Shown: positions 24,417-26,267 of the stretch, piece by piece
How positions within the stretch are numbered: the stretch's first letter is position 1
How the letters are laid out: every line of letters starts with the position of its first letter
Assembly (NCBI GenBank): GCA_014859805.1
Contig: JACUTN010000001.1
Location: 1-26,267, forward strand
DNA length: 26,267 bases
Reading direction: 5' to 3'
Source of the DNA: Candidatus Bathyarchaeota archaeon
GTDB lineage: Archaea > Thermoproteota > Bathyarchaeia > Bathyarchaeales > Bathycorpusculaceae
Program-made: the position numbers and the translations under genes
Notes under the pieces: model-generated
The model's database searches: none
What the model was told of the DNA's origin: nothing
Seen by the model: only the letters and a program-made list of their open reading frames with translations

Positions 24417-25303
24417 TGTGCACACCCACGTTTTTTGAGTTTACAGACGAAGAATCCTTGGGTTTGTCCAGGCCAAATTCTCCTGCAGTGCTCTATTGAA
24501 CTGTCCAGTTTTTTGCCGAAAACGTTTGTTAACGCTTTTTCTCCGTGACAGTTGATTTTTTCAACTTTGAGCTTTAGACTTCTTATTGCCCAGTCAATGT
24601 TTAGTTCGTTCTCTTCAGGCTCCAGCGAACATGTTGCGTAGACTATTTCACCGTCATTTTTCAGAACTTTGGCTGCTTCGGTTAGTATTTCCCTTTGGAG
24701 TCTTGCGTTTCTCTCCACGTCTTTGGTTGTTCTTTTTTTGAACCAGTTTTTGTCTGTTACGAAATTGCCTGAGCATGGAACGTCCAGAAGGATTCTGTCA
24801 AACTTCATTTTCAGCCTTGACACTCGTCTTGCATCCATGTAATAGGCTATTGCATTTCTTACACGACACCGTTCTAAATGGTTAGACAACGCAGTTAACC
24901 TTCGACTTTTAATGTCTAAAGCGATTATCGCGCCTGTGTTCCGCATTAAATCGGCTATTTGAACGGTTTTTCCTCCTGGAGCCGCACAAGCGTCCAGCAC
25001 TACTTTGTCTTTTGATTCTGTAAACAATGTTGCAGGTATTTGAGCGGCTGCCTCTTGAACTGAGTACAAGCCTAAAAGGTATTCTGATGTTGCTCCTACG
25101 GAAAATTTTGATTTTTGAATCCAATAGCCGTTTTTTAGGAAGGGAATCTTTTCAAGCTCTATTCCTAATGACCGCAGTCTCTTGGTGACAACTGCTTCTT
25201 TGGCGTTTATGGAGTTTATTCTAATGGCTTGTCTTGGCTTAACATCCTTGTATTCCCAACCCAGTTCCTCATAACGGGTTAAAAAAATTTTTTTGTCGGA
25301 CAT
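24413..25303 (-). CDS. RsmB/NOL1/NOP2-family RNA m5C methyltransferase
   Basis: YSVQEAAAQIP, VLDACAAPGGKT, ILLDVPCSG, YATCSLEPEENE, QGFFVCKL. Confidence 0.94.
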   Translation of the reverse strand: MSDKKIFLTRYEELGWEYKDVKPRQAIRINSINAKEAVVTKRLRSLGIELEKIPFLKNGYWIQKSKFSVGATSEYLLGLYSVQEAAAQIPATLFTESKDKVVLDACAAPGGKTVQIADLMRNTGAIIALDIKSRRLTALSNHLERCRVRNAIAYYMDARRVSRLKMKFDRILLDVPCSGNFVTDKNWFKKRTTKDVERNARLQREILTEAAKVLKNDGEIVYATCSLEPEENELNIDWAIRSLKLKVEKINCHGEKALTNVFGKKLDSSIEHCRRIWPGQTQGFFVCKLKKRGCAQ

Positions 25304-25445
25304 TAACGGTATGTAAGTTAGTTGTTCATAAAAACTTGGTGTTTCTCACATACTATACTGTATTGGCTCCGAATACATTTTCATGCAGAAAATTATAGGG
25401 GGCTATTTTCTTAGCTTGTTACAAAACATCTGTAGTTGCTCAAAA

Positions 25446-25523
25446 TGGTGCGGCCGCCGGGATTTGAACCCGGGTCGTCAGCGTGGCAGGCTGATGTCCT
25501 AAACCAAACTAGACTACGGCCGC
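25446..25523 (-). tRNA. tRNA-Gly (anticodon GCC), no intron, CCA encoded
   Basis: Minus strand: GCGGCCG-TA-GTCT-AGTTTGGTTTA-GGAC-A-TCAGC-CTGCCAC-GCTGA-CGAC-CCGGG-TTCAAAT-CCCGG-CGGCCGC-A-CCA. Confidence 0.96.
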
Positions 25524-25635
25524 TCCTACTTTCAGTAGAGCTTACGTTTTTTAAAAGATTTTGGTTATGTTTGCTTAGGTAATTGTCAGCCGTTACTCTC
25601 TTAACAAATTCTAAACTTTGCTGGTAGTATATGAT

Positions 25636-25971
25636 TCAGGTTTCTTTCCCTCGTTCATTCTTCTCCAGTTTACGTATGATTTCTAGCGCTTCGTCTATCA
25701 CCCTTATTTTGTTTGAGATTTTTCCAAAGTATTTTTGAAAGCTTAGGGCTCTCAGCACCGCTATGCCCTTTTCTGTAACAGCATACGGCGTTTTCTTTTC
25801 TGATTTCCTTTCTTCCACGAGACTGTTCTTTATCAGAAAGTCTAGATGTTGCCTAAGAATCGTGCACTCCATATTGATTTCATATGCTATGTGATCAAGG
25901 GTTAAAGGCTTATTCACAAGAGCTTCCAGAATATCGATGTACGACTCGAGCTTTGACTTTCGCATTTGCAT
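25636..25971 (-). CDS. Winged helix-turn-helix transcriptional regulator (HTH_45-like)
   Basis: RKSKLESYIDIL...TLDHIAYEINM...LDFLIKNSLV...YAVTEKGIAVL. Confidence 0.85.
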   Translation of the reverse strand: MQMRKSKLESYIDILEALVNKPLTLDHIAYEINMECTILRQHLDFLIKNSLVEERKSEKKTPYAVTEKGIAVLRALSFQKYFGKISNKIRVIDEALEIIRKLEKNERGKET

Positions 25972-26195
25972 GCACCTTCTTTAAGTTTTCATTTAAAGTG
26001 GATAAATCGCTTGTGAATTCTGAATCTTTAGCAGTCAAATCAATTAGAAACACGAGTAAAAGCACTCACATGAAGCGTATAGAATGTTTGTGAAGCGGAA
26101 TCAAAAATGGCTAAAGTTTGTTATTGTCACGTTATCAGACTGTCATCTCACGGACTGAACTTTTGCTTTTAAATTCTTGTTCTCTTTTCTGAAGA

Positions 26196-26267
26196 CTATG
26201 CATTATCAGCGGTGAAGTTTTTGATTCTCTCTGAGAGTTTCTCAATGTCGTAATCAGCTTTCATGTC
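26196..26267 (-). CDS. 3' end of a gene entering from beyond the window (DMKADYDIEKLSERIKNFTADNA*)
   Basis: Open frame from the window edge to TAG at 26198-26196; too short to assign. Confidence 0.45.
   Translation of the reverse strand, partial: DMKADYDIEKLSERIKNFTADNA

Noticed and set aside
1-26267. CRISPR array, IS/transposase, integrase, rRNA
   Set aside because: No regularly spaced repeats, terminal inverted repeats with a transposase, tyrosine/serine recombinase motifs or rRNA-like sequence were seen.

Overview
Archaeal chromosomal window, most likely Candidatus Bathyarchaeia (inferred from TiaS, Tsr3, archaeal-type AlaRS/LeuRS/HisRS, NIP7 and EndA, plus protein family styles; not verified by search). 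The left end (~200-3575) is accessory: an intact single-polypeptide type IIG restriction-modification gene with an AT-rich specificity segment, followed by a mosaic of gene fragments. The rest is largely core and enriched in tRNA/rRNA metabolism: mgsA, a CBS protein, the nnr-tsr3-macrodomain operon, a flavodoxin, a stand-alone Lrp/AsnC domain, tiaS, FUN14, alaS, a CBS/Ig-like/degenerate KaiC fusion, leuS, tRNA-Arg(TCT) with a D-loop intron, an HTH-PRTase, an HhH-GPD-like Fe-S protein, mtnA-endA-hisS, an RsmB-NIP7 pair, tRNA-Gly(GCC) and a winged-HTH. No CRISPR array, transposase, integrase or rRNA is supported. The most unusual signals are: (1) a LeuRS with both class I signatures altered (TVGH, QMHKS); (2) a duplicated CBS module carrying a 29/30-identical promoter, with one copy fused to an apparently catalytically dead KaiC-like domain; (3) an archaeal methylglyoxal synthase with a remodelled phosphate pocket; (4) a non-canonical tRNA intron near a splicing endonuclease subunit that lacks two catalytic residues.
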